DNA of 64,000 nt from Saccharofermentans sp. (GTDB taxonomy: Bacteria; Bacillota; Clostridia; Saccharofermentanales; Saccharofermentanaceae). Both the position numbers and the translations under genes were made by a program. Shown here piece by piece: positions 9,813 to 20,054 of this stretch. Each line of letters starts with the position of its first letter. Position 1 is the first letter of the stretch. The notes under the pieces were generated by a model. That model was not told the origin of the DNA and did no database searches. It was given only the letters and a program-made list of their open reading frames with translations. Location: contig JAILMW010000038.1 in NCBI GenBank assembly GCA_024692235.1, forward strand, positions 4,987 through 68,986. The letters are read 5' to 3'.

Positions 9813-10589
9813 ATGAATTACAAGATCTGCGATAACAACTCAAATGAATGGGTATTGCTGATACACGGCCTGGGCGGAAGCATCAACACATGGAAGTATC
9901 AGTTAGAAGATCTCAAGGAGTATAACGTCATTGCAGTAGACCTTGAGGGTCACGGCGGTTCTGCCTTTGAGAAGAGAAAGCGCCTCCTTACAAGATCCGC
10001 ATCGGATATCAATGCCATCCTTGAGAAAGAGGGGATAGATAAGGTACATGTCATATCTTTATCTCTCGGAACTCTTGTTGCAATGGAATTCGCATACCTT
10101 TATAAGGACAAGGTAAAGTCCATAGTGCTTGCAGGATTTGTTCTTAATATGGGTATAGGCTATAAGTCCCTTCTCGCATTCGTAGAGGGCTTAAAGTATA
10201 TAGTTCCCAAGAAGATATTCTATCCGCTGTTCGCAAACCTCATGATGCCCAGAAAGAACCATAAAAGGTCGAGGGATTTCTTTATAAGGGAATCAGTTAA
10301 GATGAAGTCCGTCGCATTCAGGATGTGGCTTACTGAGCTCTTCAGGACACAGTTCAAGCTGAAGGAATATCTGATCAACATAAAAGAGAATAAGCTTCCT
10401 GTTATGTTCATCTCCGGAAAGCAGGATTACTTCTTCGTAAAGAGTGTTAAGAAGACACAGAAGAAGATAAGCGATGCTAAGCTCATATTCATAGAGAAGT
10501 GCGGCCATGTCTGCAGTATCGAGAAGCACAGGGAGTTCAATGACCTTGTAGCGGGTTTCCTCCGCAAAGTCAGTGTGGCAATGGTATAA
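9813..10589 (+). CDS. Alpha/beta fold hydrolase
   Basis: LIHGLGG, DLEGHG, nucleophile elbow SLSLG, G..D and CGH. Confidence 0.85.
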   Translation: MNYKICDNNSNEWVLLIHGLGGSINTWKYQLEDLKEYNVIAVDLEGHGGSAFEKRKRLLTRSASDINAILEKEGIDKVHVISLSLGTLVAMEFAYLYKDKVKSIVLAGFVLNMGIGYKSLLAFVEGLKYIVPKKIFYPLFANLMMPRKNHKRSRDFFIRESVKMKSVAFRMWLTELFRTQFKLKEYLINIKENKLPVMFISGKQDYFFVKSVKKTQKKISDAKLIFIEKCGHVCSIEKHREFNDLVAGFLRKVSVAMV

Positions 10590-10625
10590 TCTGCGTATCG
10601 GAAATGACATAACGGAGATAAGAAC

Positions 10626-11576
10626 ATGAAGGTACTCGTAATAGGAACAGGTGCAGTAGGATGTGCGGTGGCTATAGCTGCTGCGGATGCAGGTATGGAG
10701 ACTGCAGTTCTTGCCAGAGCTAAGACTGCGGAATATATACGTAATCACGGATTAAAGAGAACAGGCATATTCGGTGAGAAGGAGATCTCTCCGGATCGTA
10801 TCTCTGTCTACGAAGGCTACGATCAGATCCCTTCAGGATTCGACTATGTCGCAGTAGCATCCAAGACCATGGCTAATAAGTCGGTGGCGGATGCACTGGC
10901 TTCCCACAGAGATATCCTTGGCAGCGACGGACGTATCGTTCTCTTCCAGAACGGTTGGGGCAACGATGAACCTTATCTTGTTCATTTCCCTGCATCTCAG
11001 GTATTCAATGCGAGAGTAATAACGGGATTTGAGAGGACTGAGCCCGGTATTACCAAGGTTACGGTCCATACAGCTCCTATCCTTCTCGGTTCCCTGCACG
11101 GAGAGTCCATAAAGGAGCTGGAACCTCTGGCTAATGCCATCAATGACTCAGGTATCCCGTCTGAGACTTCCGATCAGCTGGAGGAAGCGCTGTGGGCTAA
11201 AATGCTTTATAACACTACCCTTAATCCCTTAGGTGCCATCCTTAATATGAGCTATGGTGAACTGGCATCGACAGAGCATATCGTGGATATAATGAATGAT
11301 CTTATAAAGGAGACATTCGCAGTAATAGATGCCGCAGGCTATAAGACATTCTGGAAGACTCCAAAGGAATATATGGAAGTATTCTACGGTAAGCTCGTTC
11401 CCGATACTGTCGCTCACAGAGCATCCACTTTGCAGGATATAGAGAAGCGTCAGAAGACTGAGATCGATACATTAAACGGTTGTATTCAGAAGCTCGGAAG
11501 AAAGTACGGCGTCAAGACTCCCACTCACGATATGATCGTGGAGATGATAAAGGGAATAGAAGATATAAGATGCTGA
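10626..11576 (+). CDS. panE: 2-dehydropantoate 2-reductase (ketopantoate reductase family)
   Basis: GTGAVG, QNG, WAKM..N..LN, STLQD and TEIDTLNG motifs. Confidence 0.85.
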   Translation: MKVLVIGTGAVGCAVAIAAADAGMETAVLARAKTAEYIRNHGLKRTGIFGEKEISPDRISVYEGYDQIPSGFDYVAVASKTMANKSVADALASHRDILGSDGRIVLFQNGWGNDEPYLVHFPASQVFNARVITGFERTEPGITKVTVHTAPILLGSLHGESIKELEPLANAINDSGIPSETSDQLEEALWAKMLYNTTLNPLGAILNMSYGELASTEHIVDIMNDLIKETFAVIDAAGYKTFWKTPKEYMEVFYGKLVPDTVAHRASTLQDIEKRQKTEIDTLNGCIQKLGRKYGVKTPTHDMIVEMIKGIEDIRC

Positions 11577-11589
11577 GAAGCTTTTATAG

Positions 11590-12183
11590 TCAGGAATCGA
11601 GCCTGTCTAAGACGCTTTGGTAGTCACCCGTAAACTGCATTGCATTCATGCCGGCCTTGATAGCACCTTGAGCATTCTCTTTGCGGTCGTCTACGAACAG
11701 GCAGTCGCTTCCCTTAAGATCGTATTTCTGAAGGAATGTCTTATAGATCTCTACGTCAGGCTTTAACATAAGATAGTCTGAGGAGACGAATACTCCGTCG
11801 AAGAAATCAAGGGGGAGGAACTTGGGAAAATAATCGTAGAAGATGTCACTGGCGTTGGACAGGACATAGATACCGTGTCCGTCCTGCTTTACCTTCTCAC
11901 AGAATTCCCTGGCGCCTTTAAGAGGCTTCATGCATATGGACCATCCGTCGACGCATTTCCTTAAGTCATCGTGGTATTCTTCCGGGATCCTATCCTTGAC
12001 GGCATCGAACTTATCCCTGTCCTTTATCTCGCCCTTATCGCTCATGAGCCACTCGTTGCTGTCAAAGAGCTCCCGTCTTATAAGTTCTTTCTCTTCTTTA
12101 CAGGTGCAAACCATATCCAATATTACGTCGGGGTTAAAGTCCAGAAGGACGTTACCCATATCCAGTACTACGTTCTTGATCAT
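11590..12183 (-). CDS. HAD family phosphatase (YihX-like)
   Basis: DMGNVL, LSN, KPD..IY and FVDD..N..GA..AG motifs. Confidence 0.9.
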   Translation of the reverse strand: MIKNVVLDMGNVLLDFNPDVILDMVCTCKEEKELIRRELFDSNEWLMSDKGEIKDRDKFDAVKDRIPEEYHDDLRKCVDGWSICMKPLKGAREFCEKVKQDGHGIYVLSNASDIFYDYFPKFLPLDFFDGVFVSSDYLMLKPDVEIYKTFLQKYDLKGSDCLFVDDRKENAQGAIKAGMNAMQFTGDYQSVLDRLDS

Positions 12184-12301
12184 GTCCTTTTCTCCGTTTC
12201 TTCTTTCACGTAATTATATACATCAGCTTCTTAGTTGAACAGAAAGAAGCCTTGATTGTCTCAAAATGATATAATTACTAAGGAGAGGGGGATAAGTTGG
12301 T

Positions 12302-13570
12302 ATGGGATACAGTTTTTTCAAGATAACACGTCTTCAGAAGCCTTTTAGGGACAAGCTTTCTACTTTCGTAAATACGCTTGGCTCTGCTATAAGGGACGGC
12401 AAGACAATAAGCTTTGCGGATAACGACATAGGTCATGTGCTTCAGCTTCAAAACGAAAGGCTTAAGAAGAAGGGCCTTGTCATGGATTACGTGGTCTACG
12501 ACAGGGATAAGAACCGTCACGCCACGGTGGGTTCGCAGTGGAAGGATGCTCATTACGAGAGCTTCGTCTGTAACGAGCAGTACGGCGTTAAGAGGACGAT
12601 AACAAAGAACGGTCAGAAGATTTATTCCGACAATAAGCGCAACACCCTTTATACGACGATAACAGACGTAATAAACGGCGTTCATCCGGACGCAGAGACT
12701 GTCTGCTGCCCTAACTGCGGCAGTGTAAGTACCATCGCACAGCTTCAGGGAGGATGCCCGAGCTGTGGTACCAGATACAAGATGGATGATCTCTTTCCTA
12801 AGGTCACGGGATACTATTTTCTGGAGGACGTTGCGATAGCAGGAAACGAGTTCATAAAGGGAATGGTAATAAGTGCGGGCATCGCATATGTCTTCAATTT
12901 CTTTATCATGCTCATTTCATTGTTGATAAGCGGCGAAGGTAGTTTTCTCAAGGTAATACTCGGTATGGTAGTATTGGTGCCTCTCTCGATCTTCTTAGGC
13001 TATGTCTTGTTTTCCATCTTCATGATGGTGCGACTGATCGCAGTAGGTTCGTCGCAGTCATCAGGCAAGTGGGGTACCATCGGATCCAGGACTAAGTTCG
13101 AGGAGAAGATGAAGACCATATGCCCCGAGTTCTCTTATGAATATTTTACTTCCAAGGCGATATCTCTTATCAAGACCGCGATCTATTCCGAGAACGAACA
13201 GGAACTCATGTTCTACAAGGGCGGTCCGTTAGACCCCAAGTTCAAGGATGTTATCGACCTTAACTACGGAGCTGCTCTGGGTATTGAGAGCTTTACGGAA
13301 GAAAACGGCTTTGTTACTGTTGCAGCTAAAGCTTACTTCGATGTACTCTACGCTACGGATAACGGAATAAAGTTTCAGCGTGATATATATGGTGCCGTGT
13401 TCAGGAGGCGTACCGACATCCCTGTCGATATGGGATTCTCCATGACCAAGATCCAGTGCCCGGCCTGCGGCAGTTCCTTCAACGCCATGAAGAATAAGGT
13501 CTGCCCTTACTGCGGCAATATCTATGATATAGAATCAGACGACTGGGTCCTTGTAAGACTTGAGCGTTAA
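12302..13570 (+). CDS. Zinc-ribbon membrane protein with a possible Tim44-like domain
   Basis: CPNC..CPSC, two TM helices, PEFS...F segment, CPAC..CPYC and terminal WVL. Confidence 0.7.
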   Translation: MGYSFFKITRLQKPFRDKLSTFVNTLGSAIRDGKTISFADNDIGHVLQLQNERLKKKGLVMDYVVYDRDKNRHATVGSQWKDAHYESFVCNEQYGVKRTITKNGQKIYSDNKRNTLYTTITDVINGVHPDAETVCCPNCGSVSTIAQLQGGCPSCGTRYKMDDLFPKVTGYYFLEDVAIAGNEFIKGMVISAGIAYVFNFFIMLISLLISGEGSFLKVILGMVVLVPLSIFLGYVLFSIFMMVRLIAVGSSQSSGKWGTIGSRTKFEEKMKTICPEFSYEYFTSKAISLIKTAIYSENEQELMFYKGGPLDPKFKDVIDLNYGAALGIESFTEENGFVTVAAKAYFDVLYATDNGIKFQRDIYGAVFRRRTDIPVDMGFSMTKIQCPACGSSFNAMKNKVCPYCGNIYDIESDDWVLVRLER

Positions 13571-13598
13571 GAAAGAAGCAGGATAAGGAGGGTCTTAC

Positions 13599-14738
13599 AT
13601 GAAGTGTGCCAACTGCGGAAGTGATATGAGATACGATGTATCTGTCGTGGGACTTGTCTGTGATTACTGCGGTACCGTAAAGAACCTTCCCAAGCCCGAA
13701 GACGAGCAGGTCATAGAAGATATGGACTTCGGAACGGCTATAAGGGGTGCAGCCACAGATTGGGGCATCTCAAGAAGGCCTGTTGAGTGTAAGAGCTGCG
13801 GAGCTTCGATGTTCTATCCTCCGGAGCAGATGTCAGGAATCTGTCCTTACTGTGGTTCGTCCGTAGTGGTATCAGGCGAAGAGGCGGATCTCGGTATGGC
13901 ACCTAATGCGATAATACCGTTCTCCATGAGCCGTGAAGAGATAACGGCGAGATTCTACAGATGGAACAAGTTTGCTTTCTGGGCACCTGAGAAGTTCAGG
14001 AAAGGCAAGGTCCTTGAGAATCTCGTTCCCATATATATCCCTTATTGGACCTTCGAAGCAGATACCGTGACTACATATGAAGGACGGTTCGGATACACAA
14101 GGGAAGTCGGAGAATCCACTAAGACCAACTGGTATCAGAGAACAGGCGTACTGGAGAAGCATCTTGAAGGTATAACTGCCTGTGCCGGCAGGAAATTCCG
14201 TAACGATCGTATGCTTAATTCTGTTATCGCATTTGATGAAGGTGATCTTATAGAGTATTCGCCTGATGTACTCTCGGGTATGGCAGCGGAAGTATATACG
14301 ATCGGAGTGGACGAAGCATGGAAAGAGGTCAAGACGAAGGGGCTCAGGAAGAGCTTGATGTCAGCTGTCTCCGAGAACGAGCATGCCGATCGTTGCGAAG
14401 ATCTTAAGTGCTCCACTGAATATTCCAATATAAGGTTCAGATATGTCCTGGTACCCGTGTGGCTTGCAGGTGCTAAGCATAACGGCAAGACCTATAACGT
14501 AGTTGCCAGCGGATATAACGGCAGGGGTAATTGTACAAGGCCTTTGTCCGTAATGAAGATCGTCATGGTTCCTGTTATCTTCCTTGCGATACTGATACTT
14601 GGAGCGATAACGAGACTTCTTCCTGTGTTTATAGGGCTTCTTACGATATTGGTCATGGTCGCCTTCATAGGATATATCATCTCATTTGCTCTGGCATTTG
14701 CAGATCAGAGGGAGAATGACAGGAAGAAGGGAAGATGA
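13599..14738 (+). CDS. Zinc-ribbon-containing membrane protein (TFIIB-type ribbons)
   Basis: CANC..CDYC, CKSC..CPYC, IIPF, YIPYWTF and LVPVW motifs; C-terminal TM pair. Confidence 0.75.
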   Translation: MKCANCGSDMRYDVSVVGLVCDYCGTVKNLPKPEDEQVIEDMDFGTAIRGAATDWGISRRPVECKSCGASMFYPPEQMSGICPYCGSSVVVSGEEADLGMAPNAIIPFSMSREEITARFYRWNKFAFWAPEKFRKGKVLENLVPIYIPYWTFEADTVTTYEGRFGYTREVGESTKTNWYQRTGVLEKHLEGITACAGRKFRNDRMLNSVIAFDEGDLIEYSPDVLSGMAAEVYTIGVDEAWKEVKTKGLRKSLMSAVSENEHADRCEDLKCSTEYSNIRFRYVLVPVWLAGAKHNGKTYNVVASGYNGRGNCTRPLSVMKIVMVPVIFLAILILGAITRLLPVFIGLLTILVMVAFIGYIISFALAFADQRENDRKKGR

Positions 14739-14796
14739 TCTGTAAAGTGAGAATAATGATCTTATAAAGAAATACGAAGATCAGGATAAGTTATCG

Positions 14797-16026
14797 TTAA
14801 TACTCGTGAACGGTAAAAGTCTGCGATATAAGGACATTGTCACTTGAGTCGTAGAAAGTCACCGTATATTCACCTTCGATCAGATAACTGCCGGTAGGAT
14901 CAAGAACGCTTCTGTCGCAGTCCGATGTGATGATCCAGACATATGGGTTGCCGTATTCCGTATATACGACTTCACCTTCGTGTTCAAGAGTGAAGTAGCA
15001 CTGTGCTATGTCGAATTCTCCTGTCCAGGTAAACTCGAACATTATGTCGGTAGGCTGTACGTATTCGGATTCGAGACCTTCGATAGCGAATGTGAGATCG
15101 ATATCGACTATCTCGTTCGTAGCTGTGCCTGACCATATCTCGTTATCTTCAGCGTCGTAGAAGGTAAAGGTATAGTCGCCTTCCTCCAGATAGCATCCGG
15201 AAGGATCCGAAGGTGCACCCGGGACAGAAGTGGAATAAGTTATCATAGATCCTTCGTTCCGTAATAATTCTTCTCCGTTGTGAGTGACCACGACGGAGAT
15301 CGCGTCGTAGTCGATATATTCGTCTTCCTCTGCTTCGAACCAGACAGAGCAGCAGATCGATTTGGCATTCTGGATCGTTATCTCGGGACTTTCGATCGTG
15401 TCGCTCAGCTCTTCTCCTAACCAGACTCCGCTGACCTCATATTCGCTCAGCGGTACGTTGAAGTCGTATTTCTCGCCTGTAAATTCGTAGACGGATTCAA
15501 GTACCACATCGTAATTGGTGCAGAGCCATCTGTCACCGTCCTTTGTAAATGTGAATCCGGCGGTAATGTTCTCTGCCGAAGCTTCTGCTACTAAGTCTTC
15601 AAATTCAATAGTGGAACTTATGTCATTACCCAGCACGGATCTGTAATCTGCCATGGTGAACACGACTGATACCGACGCACTGCCGTCATCGTTGACTGTC
15701 GCGGAAGCGTCATTGACCTCAAATGTCATGGTATCCGCTATCGCCCGTATCGATATTGATTCGGATCTGGTGTATACGGATCCCGATTCAAAATCAAGGA
15801 TCCTGCCCCATCTTTCCCGGTCATCTTCGTTGAAGGAAGAATCTGACAGATCCTTTATTACTTCTATGTCGCGCGCTATGACCGCATCCGCACATTGTCC
15901 TGCTGCAGTCACCAGTTCCGGGTCGGAAGTCTTTGCCGCAGCTTTTGTCTTATCGCATCCCGTAGATGAAAATGCCAGCGCAGAACAAATAACGACGGCC
16001 AGCATCTTTGTCGAATGATCTCTCAT
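14797..16026 (-). CDS. Acidic lipoprotein (paralog family A)
   Basis: Signal peptide ending STGC; MTFEV..A.V.VVFTMADY..FTK...W domain; two similar GxYTxTFYD C-terminal modules. Confidence 0.8.
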   Translation of the reverse strand: MRDHSTKMLAVVICSALAFSSTGCDKTKAAAKTSDPELVTAAGQCADAVIARDIEVIKDLSDSSFNEDDRERWGRILDFESGSVYTRSESISIRAIADTMTFEVNDASATVNDDGSASVSVVFTMADYRSVLGNDISSTIEFEDLVAEASAENITAGFTFTKDGDRWLCTNYDVVLESVYEFTGEKYDFNVPLSEYEVSGVWLGEELSDTIESPEITIQNAKSICCSVWFEAEEDEYIDYDAISVVVTHNGEELLRNEGSMITYSTSVPGAPSDPSGCYLEEGDYTFTFYDAEDNEIWSGTATNEIVDIDLTFAIEGLESEYVQPTDIMFEFTWTGEFDIAQCYFTLEHEGEVVYTEYGNPYVWIITSDCDRSVLDPTGSYLIEGEYTVTFYDSSDNVLISQTFTVHEY

Positions 16027-16096
16027 ATATATCTCCCGTATATTCCAAATCCTACTCTGATACTACAATATCGATATGCGGTAATAGAATGAGGAT

Positions 16097-16133
16097 TTGC
16101 GGCAAATTAACGTGATGTGACTATTTGCCGCAA
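16097..16133. repeat. 11-bp inverted repeat in a divergent intergenic region
   Basis: TTGCGGCAAAT-N15-ATTTGCCGCAA. Confidence 0.6.
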
Positions 16134-16229
16134 GATTGCTCAGTTTCTTTAAGGTACATGCTGTACTCTTAATATGCGATGTCATATTTTGGGATAGATC
16201 GTATATGAAACATCGGAGGAATCATCTTT

Positions 16230-17861
16230 ATGAATACTAAGAAGGCAGTATCTCTCGTGCTGGCGGTTTCCGTTATGTCCTTGTCTGTCGCATCCTGCGA
16301 AGAGCCCAAGGCAGATCCCGTTGAGGAGATAATAAGTCTTACCGCCGAAGGCGCAGGTTATACAAAAGCGAGACAGGTAGCGCATCTTGCATCCATCTCA
16401 TCCGACTTCTTCGCGGACGAGAAGAACAGCTGGGAGGAGAAACTGGATTTTTCTACTCACGGTACGTTATACGATGAAGATACCGGAGCCGTATTCAGTG
16501 CCATAGGTAATTCCATCGGATATGATGTTGTCGAATCTTCGGTCACGGCGGATGAGAAGGAAGGAAAGGGCTCTGCCCTTGTTGATTTTGTAATCGCTGA
16601 TTACGATTCCCTCTTTGAAGATGGTTCATATACTGATGCACAGACCCTTATAGAGGCCGTATCCTCATGTCCGACGAAGGATGTTGAGGTCACATTTACA
16701 TTTGAGATGGAAAACGGCGGCTGGAAGATCTCCAATCCGGATGAGATCTTGGAGGCAGTATTCGATTATGTTGAAGCGGATATTGAACTGGTTCCCGATC
16801 TCAGCGGATCAGATTACTGGTTCGAGTGGGACTGCGCATACGCATCCGGTTCTCATCTTGCGGTCAATACGCCATATCTGTCATGTTATTACATGCCTTA
16901 TGAAGTTGATGACATGACCGGAATGTACTATGTTCTTACCAAGGACGGAGAGGAGTACTGCAGCGATCTTTGTGAAGACGGCATTGTGTTCATCTCGGCA
17001 TTAGGACCGGACGTGGATTATGCTCCATATGATGTTTATTTTCCGGCAGGAGAATATTCGATTGCTTTCTACGACGGATCAGACCGACTCCTCTATGAGG
17101 ATTCCATTACTGTCATCGAAGCGGAAGAGACTATGCAGATCTCTACGGTGTGGTATGATTCACAAGCTTGCTGGGGCGGTTATGCTCTCTACAATGATGC
17201 ATCCTACTTCGCAGTTCAGCCGATGTCTAACTGGGGCGATCCGGCCAGGGATCTGTATTTTACTATCACTTTTGAGGGTGAGATCATCTATACGGGATAC
17301 GCGAGTTTTAATGCCGGTAGTATGTATTCAGCTGACGTATCTCCCGATAACTGGTTGTGGGATCCGGGAGTATATACCGTCGAGTATCACTATAGCGATA
17401 CAGACGCCGTCTTACTGACCGCGGTAGTCATCGTGACAGAGAATGGAGCAGGTCCCGACGGTACGTTCCTTGGTGCCTTTGAAGGACTTAATGTAACTAA
17501 TCTCGGCCTTTCCGCTAATATGTACGAGGATATGGCAAATGCATTCTGGTATTCGGACGATCCTGAGACTTTTGCCGAGAACGGTATCCTGACAGACGCT
17601 GATGATCTTACATACAGGATCCCGGTTCAGGAGGACTACGGTACCATAGAGTATGTCATTACTTATTCCGAGGACGGTTCGGCGGATGTGCCTTACGATA
17701 TGGAATTTACCTCTTCCTCAGATGTTCAGACCGACGATGCGGGCAATATGTACTATGAGTTCTCTTACGACGGGACTTTGGAGCCCGGATACTACGGTAT
17801 TACCGTAGGCGGCGACCTTCACCCTGAATTCTATGCATTCAGTATATGCCATGTACAGTGA
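16230..17861 (+). CDS. Acidic lipoprotein (paralog family A)
   Basis: Lipobox VASC; GYDV..ALVDFVIADY..FTF....WKI domain; GEYSIAFYD module. Confidence 0.8.
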   Translation: MNTKKAVSLVLAVSVMSLSVASCEEPKADPVEEIISLTAEGAGYTKARQVAHLASISSDFFADEKNSWEEKLDFSTHGTLYDEDTGAVFSAIGNSIGYDVVESSVTADEKEGKGSALVDFVIADYDSLFEDGSYTDAQTLIEAVSSCPTKDVEVTFTFEMENGGWKISNPDEILEAVFDYVEADIELVPDLSGSDYWFEWDCAYASGSHLAVNTPYLSCYYMPYEVDDMTGMYYVLTKDGEEYCSDLCEDGIVFISALGPDVDYAPYDVYFPAGEYSIAFYDGSDRLLYEDSITVIEAEETMQISTVWYDSQACWGGYALYNDASYFAVQPMSNWGDPARDLYFTITFEGEIIYTGYASFNAGSMYSADVSPDNWLWDPGVYTVEYHYSDTDAVLLTAVVIVTENGAGPDGTFLGAFEGLNVTNLGLSANMYEDMANAFWYSDDPETFAENGILTDADDLTYRIPVQEDYGTIEYVITYSEDGSADVPYDMEFTSSSDVQTDDAGNMYYEFSYDGTLEPGYYGITVGGDLHPEFYAFSICHVQ

Positions 17862-17898
17862 TATAATACCCTCTGTGAAAAAGAAAAGGGGGATCAAT

Positions 17899-18807
17899 AT
17901 GAAAAAAGATATCACAAGAAAGATCACTGCTCTTGTCCTCGCAGCAAGCCTTATGGCATCGCTGGCTGCATGCTCATCGGATGACAGCGATGAGACAGAG
18001 GAAGAGGAGACGACCACGACTACTACTGAAGAGACTACTTCTGAGGAGACTTCCGAAGAGACCTCTGAAGAGACGACAGCAGAGGAGACTACTGAGGAGA
18101 CGACGGAGGCAACAGAGGTAACAGAGACTTCCCCTGTGGCCTACGATGCACCTTCCTGCAGTCAGGAGGAAGATGACAACAGATACAGAGCATTCTTCGA
18201 GAACGATTATGCGACTATGGCAGACGACATGTGCTTCATACGTAACAGTATCGTTCCTGATTTTACTTATTCCGATCTGGACCACGACGGTACCGATGAG
18301 CTCCTGATAGGAGATGCTGAAGGTGTATATGCGGTCATTACCGAGGTCGACGGCTCTTACAATATCGCTCCGGTTCACGGATGGGTGATCCAGTATGGAG
18401 CGTTTCCTGCGGAATATATCGGTGGCGGATGTTTTGTGGCATCTAACGGCAGCGGTAATAACATCGGCGGCGAAAGCAGTAGCGACGTTCTTTGGAAGTA
18501 CGATACGAACCTGAGGACATGTGGTGTATACGCCAGATATTCCTTCGGATTTGACCAGGACGGCAAGTGCATGTATAAGTTCTATATTATTAACGAGGAC
18601 GGCATTATGTCCACTTCGGATTATGAAACGCCTATGGAAGAAGCAGTAGATAACTACACATATACATATATTGATTACGGCGATTTCCTTTCTGATGAGG
18701 ATGACGAGCTTAAACATCAGTTCGGTAATGCGGTTGACAGCCTGAGGACTGATTCATCTCTTGATCTTCTTGAATGGAGATCTGTTGCGGTCATGCTTCC
18801 TGCATAA
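17899..18807 (+). CDS. Acidic lipoprotein with T/E-rich linker, paralog of 5648..6499
   Basis: Lipobox LAAC; EETT/EETS repeats; YSDLDHDGTDELLIG and YIGGG. Confidence 0.8.
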   Translation: MKKDITRKITALVLAASLMASLAACSSDDSDETEEEETTTTTTEETTSEETSEETSEETTAEETTEETTEATEVTETSPVAYDAPSCSQEEDDNRYRAFFENDYATMADDMCFIRNSIVPDFTYSDLDHDGTDELLIGDAEGVYAVITEVDGSYNIAPVHGWVIQYGAFPAEYIGGGCFVASNGSGNNIGGESSSDVLWKYDTNLRTCGVYARYSFGFDQDGKCMYKFYIINEDGIMSTSDYETPMEEAVDNYTYTYIDYGDFLSDEDDELKHQFGNAVDSLRTDSSLDLLEWRSVAVMLPA

Positions 18808-18836
18808 GAATAAAGTACAGTACATAAGACAAGATA

Positions 18837-18870
18837 AAAGGCTCGGGATCTTAAGTATCGCCGAGCCTTT
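18837..18870. terminator. Bidirectional terminator
   Basis: AAAGGCTCGG...CCGAGCCTTT between convergent genes. Confidence 0.7.
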
Positions 18871-18892
18871 CTCTTATCGTATACAGGATCTG

Positions 18893-19876
18893 TCAGGGAA
18901 GAGGATATCCTATTGCCGTAAGGAATTCATCGACTTCTTCTTTGTCCGAAGCTGAATTACTTGTGGCTATTGCATATATGATCACATTATCTGTCAGGTA
19001 TATGCCGCCATAGAGATAACTACCGTCCATTTCTCCGTCGAAGATCATATATCCGTAGTTTCCATCGAATTCTAAGTCATAGGTTCCATCGAATTCGTCA
19101 TCTGCGATACTATCCTCCAATTCGTCGTATGTGTCTTCGAAGAAATCCGAAGCATCGTCAGCGTCGTCGTAAGCCATATAGTAGATCATGACATTGTAAT
19201 CGTCGCCGAAGTACATAGCTTCGTATTCGTCTCCTGCGTCGTAAGACATGTAATTACTCGAATTACGATTGCTGATGGCATTCTCGAATTCATCAAGGGT
19301 TATGGGACGCAAGCTTCCGAAGCCGTATTCCGAGATCTCTGAATAGAATTCGTATATATCAAGTATAGTCTCGAAGTCCTCGTCTACTACCTTCCATTCA
19401 TCGTGAGAGAGCTTGAATTCGACAGTGGCTCTTATCGTCATGGTCTCATCCGTATTGTCTTCAAGAGCGTCGATAAAGTCATCGGCATCCGCATCGTCAT
19501 CAAGATCTTCGTAGATAACGCTATAGTCGATAAGCGTGAATATGATATTTACGCTCGCCTTTCCGGACTTCTTGGATGACTTAAGTGTCTTCTTGTCGAT
19601 CTCATAAGTCATATTATCGTGAATGATCTCGTGGATCTCTTCCGAGCTCTCTGAAGAAGAATATCTGTCTATATAAGCACCGACCGCTTCTTCGAATTCG
19701 TCATCGTCCGCATGAAGATCTGCAAGGTCTTTGACATCTCCTTCTATTACGGCCTCAGCGTATTCATCAGCAGCTGCCAGGACCTTCTTGTTGTCGCTGT
19801 CAAAGAGCGAGCATCCGCTTATGGATGTGAGCATGGATACTGACAGTATGGCAGCGACGATCTTTGTCTTTTTCAT
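18893..19876 (-). CDS. Acidic lipoprotein (paralog family A)
   Basis: Lipobox ISGC; YAEAVI.GD, MTYEID, FTLIDY, WKV and GGIY. Confidence 0.8.
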   Translation of the reverse strand: MKKTKIVAAILSVSMLTSISGCSLFDSDNKKVLAAADEYAEAVIEGDVKDLADLHADDDEFEEAVGAYIDRYSSSESSEEIHEIIHDNMTYEIDKKTLKSSKKSGKASVNIIFTLIDYSVIYEDLDDDADADDFIDALEDNTDETMTIRATVEFKLSHDEWKVVDEDFETILDIYEFYSEISEYGFGSLRPITLDEFENAISNRNSSNYMSYDAGDEYEAMYFGDDYNVMIYYMAYDDADDASDFFEDTYDELEDSIADDEFDGTYDLEFDGNYGYMIFDGEMDGSYLYGGIYLTDNVIIYAIATSNSASDKEEVDEFLTAIGYPLP

Positions 19877-20054
19877 GTGTTATCCCTCTTTTGACCTTTA
19901 TTCCTTTAATGACTGTTATTGTATCAGAAAAAGTTAACAAAGGCGTTACTTTTGGGCGGCTTTTAGCCGTATCGAAGATATTTGGCCGATGTTAAAATGA
20001 TTTTGTAGGTAAAAGCATTCTTTTGGGTCAATAAGGAAACCCGGGAGGGGAAGA

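Noticed and set aside
17990-18130. Short repeats (GAAGAGAC...) that might suggest a CRISPR or tandem array
   Set aside because: They encode the EETT/EETS low-complexity linker of a lipoprotein; there is no constant repeat with unique spacers.
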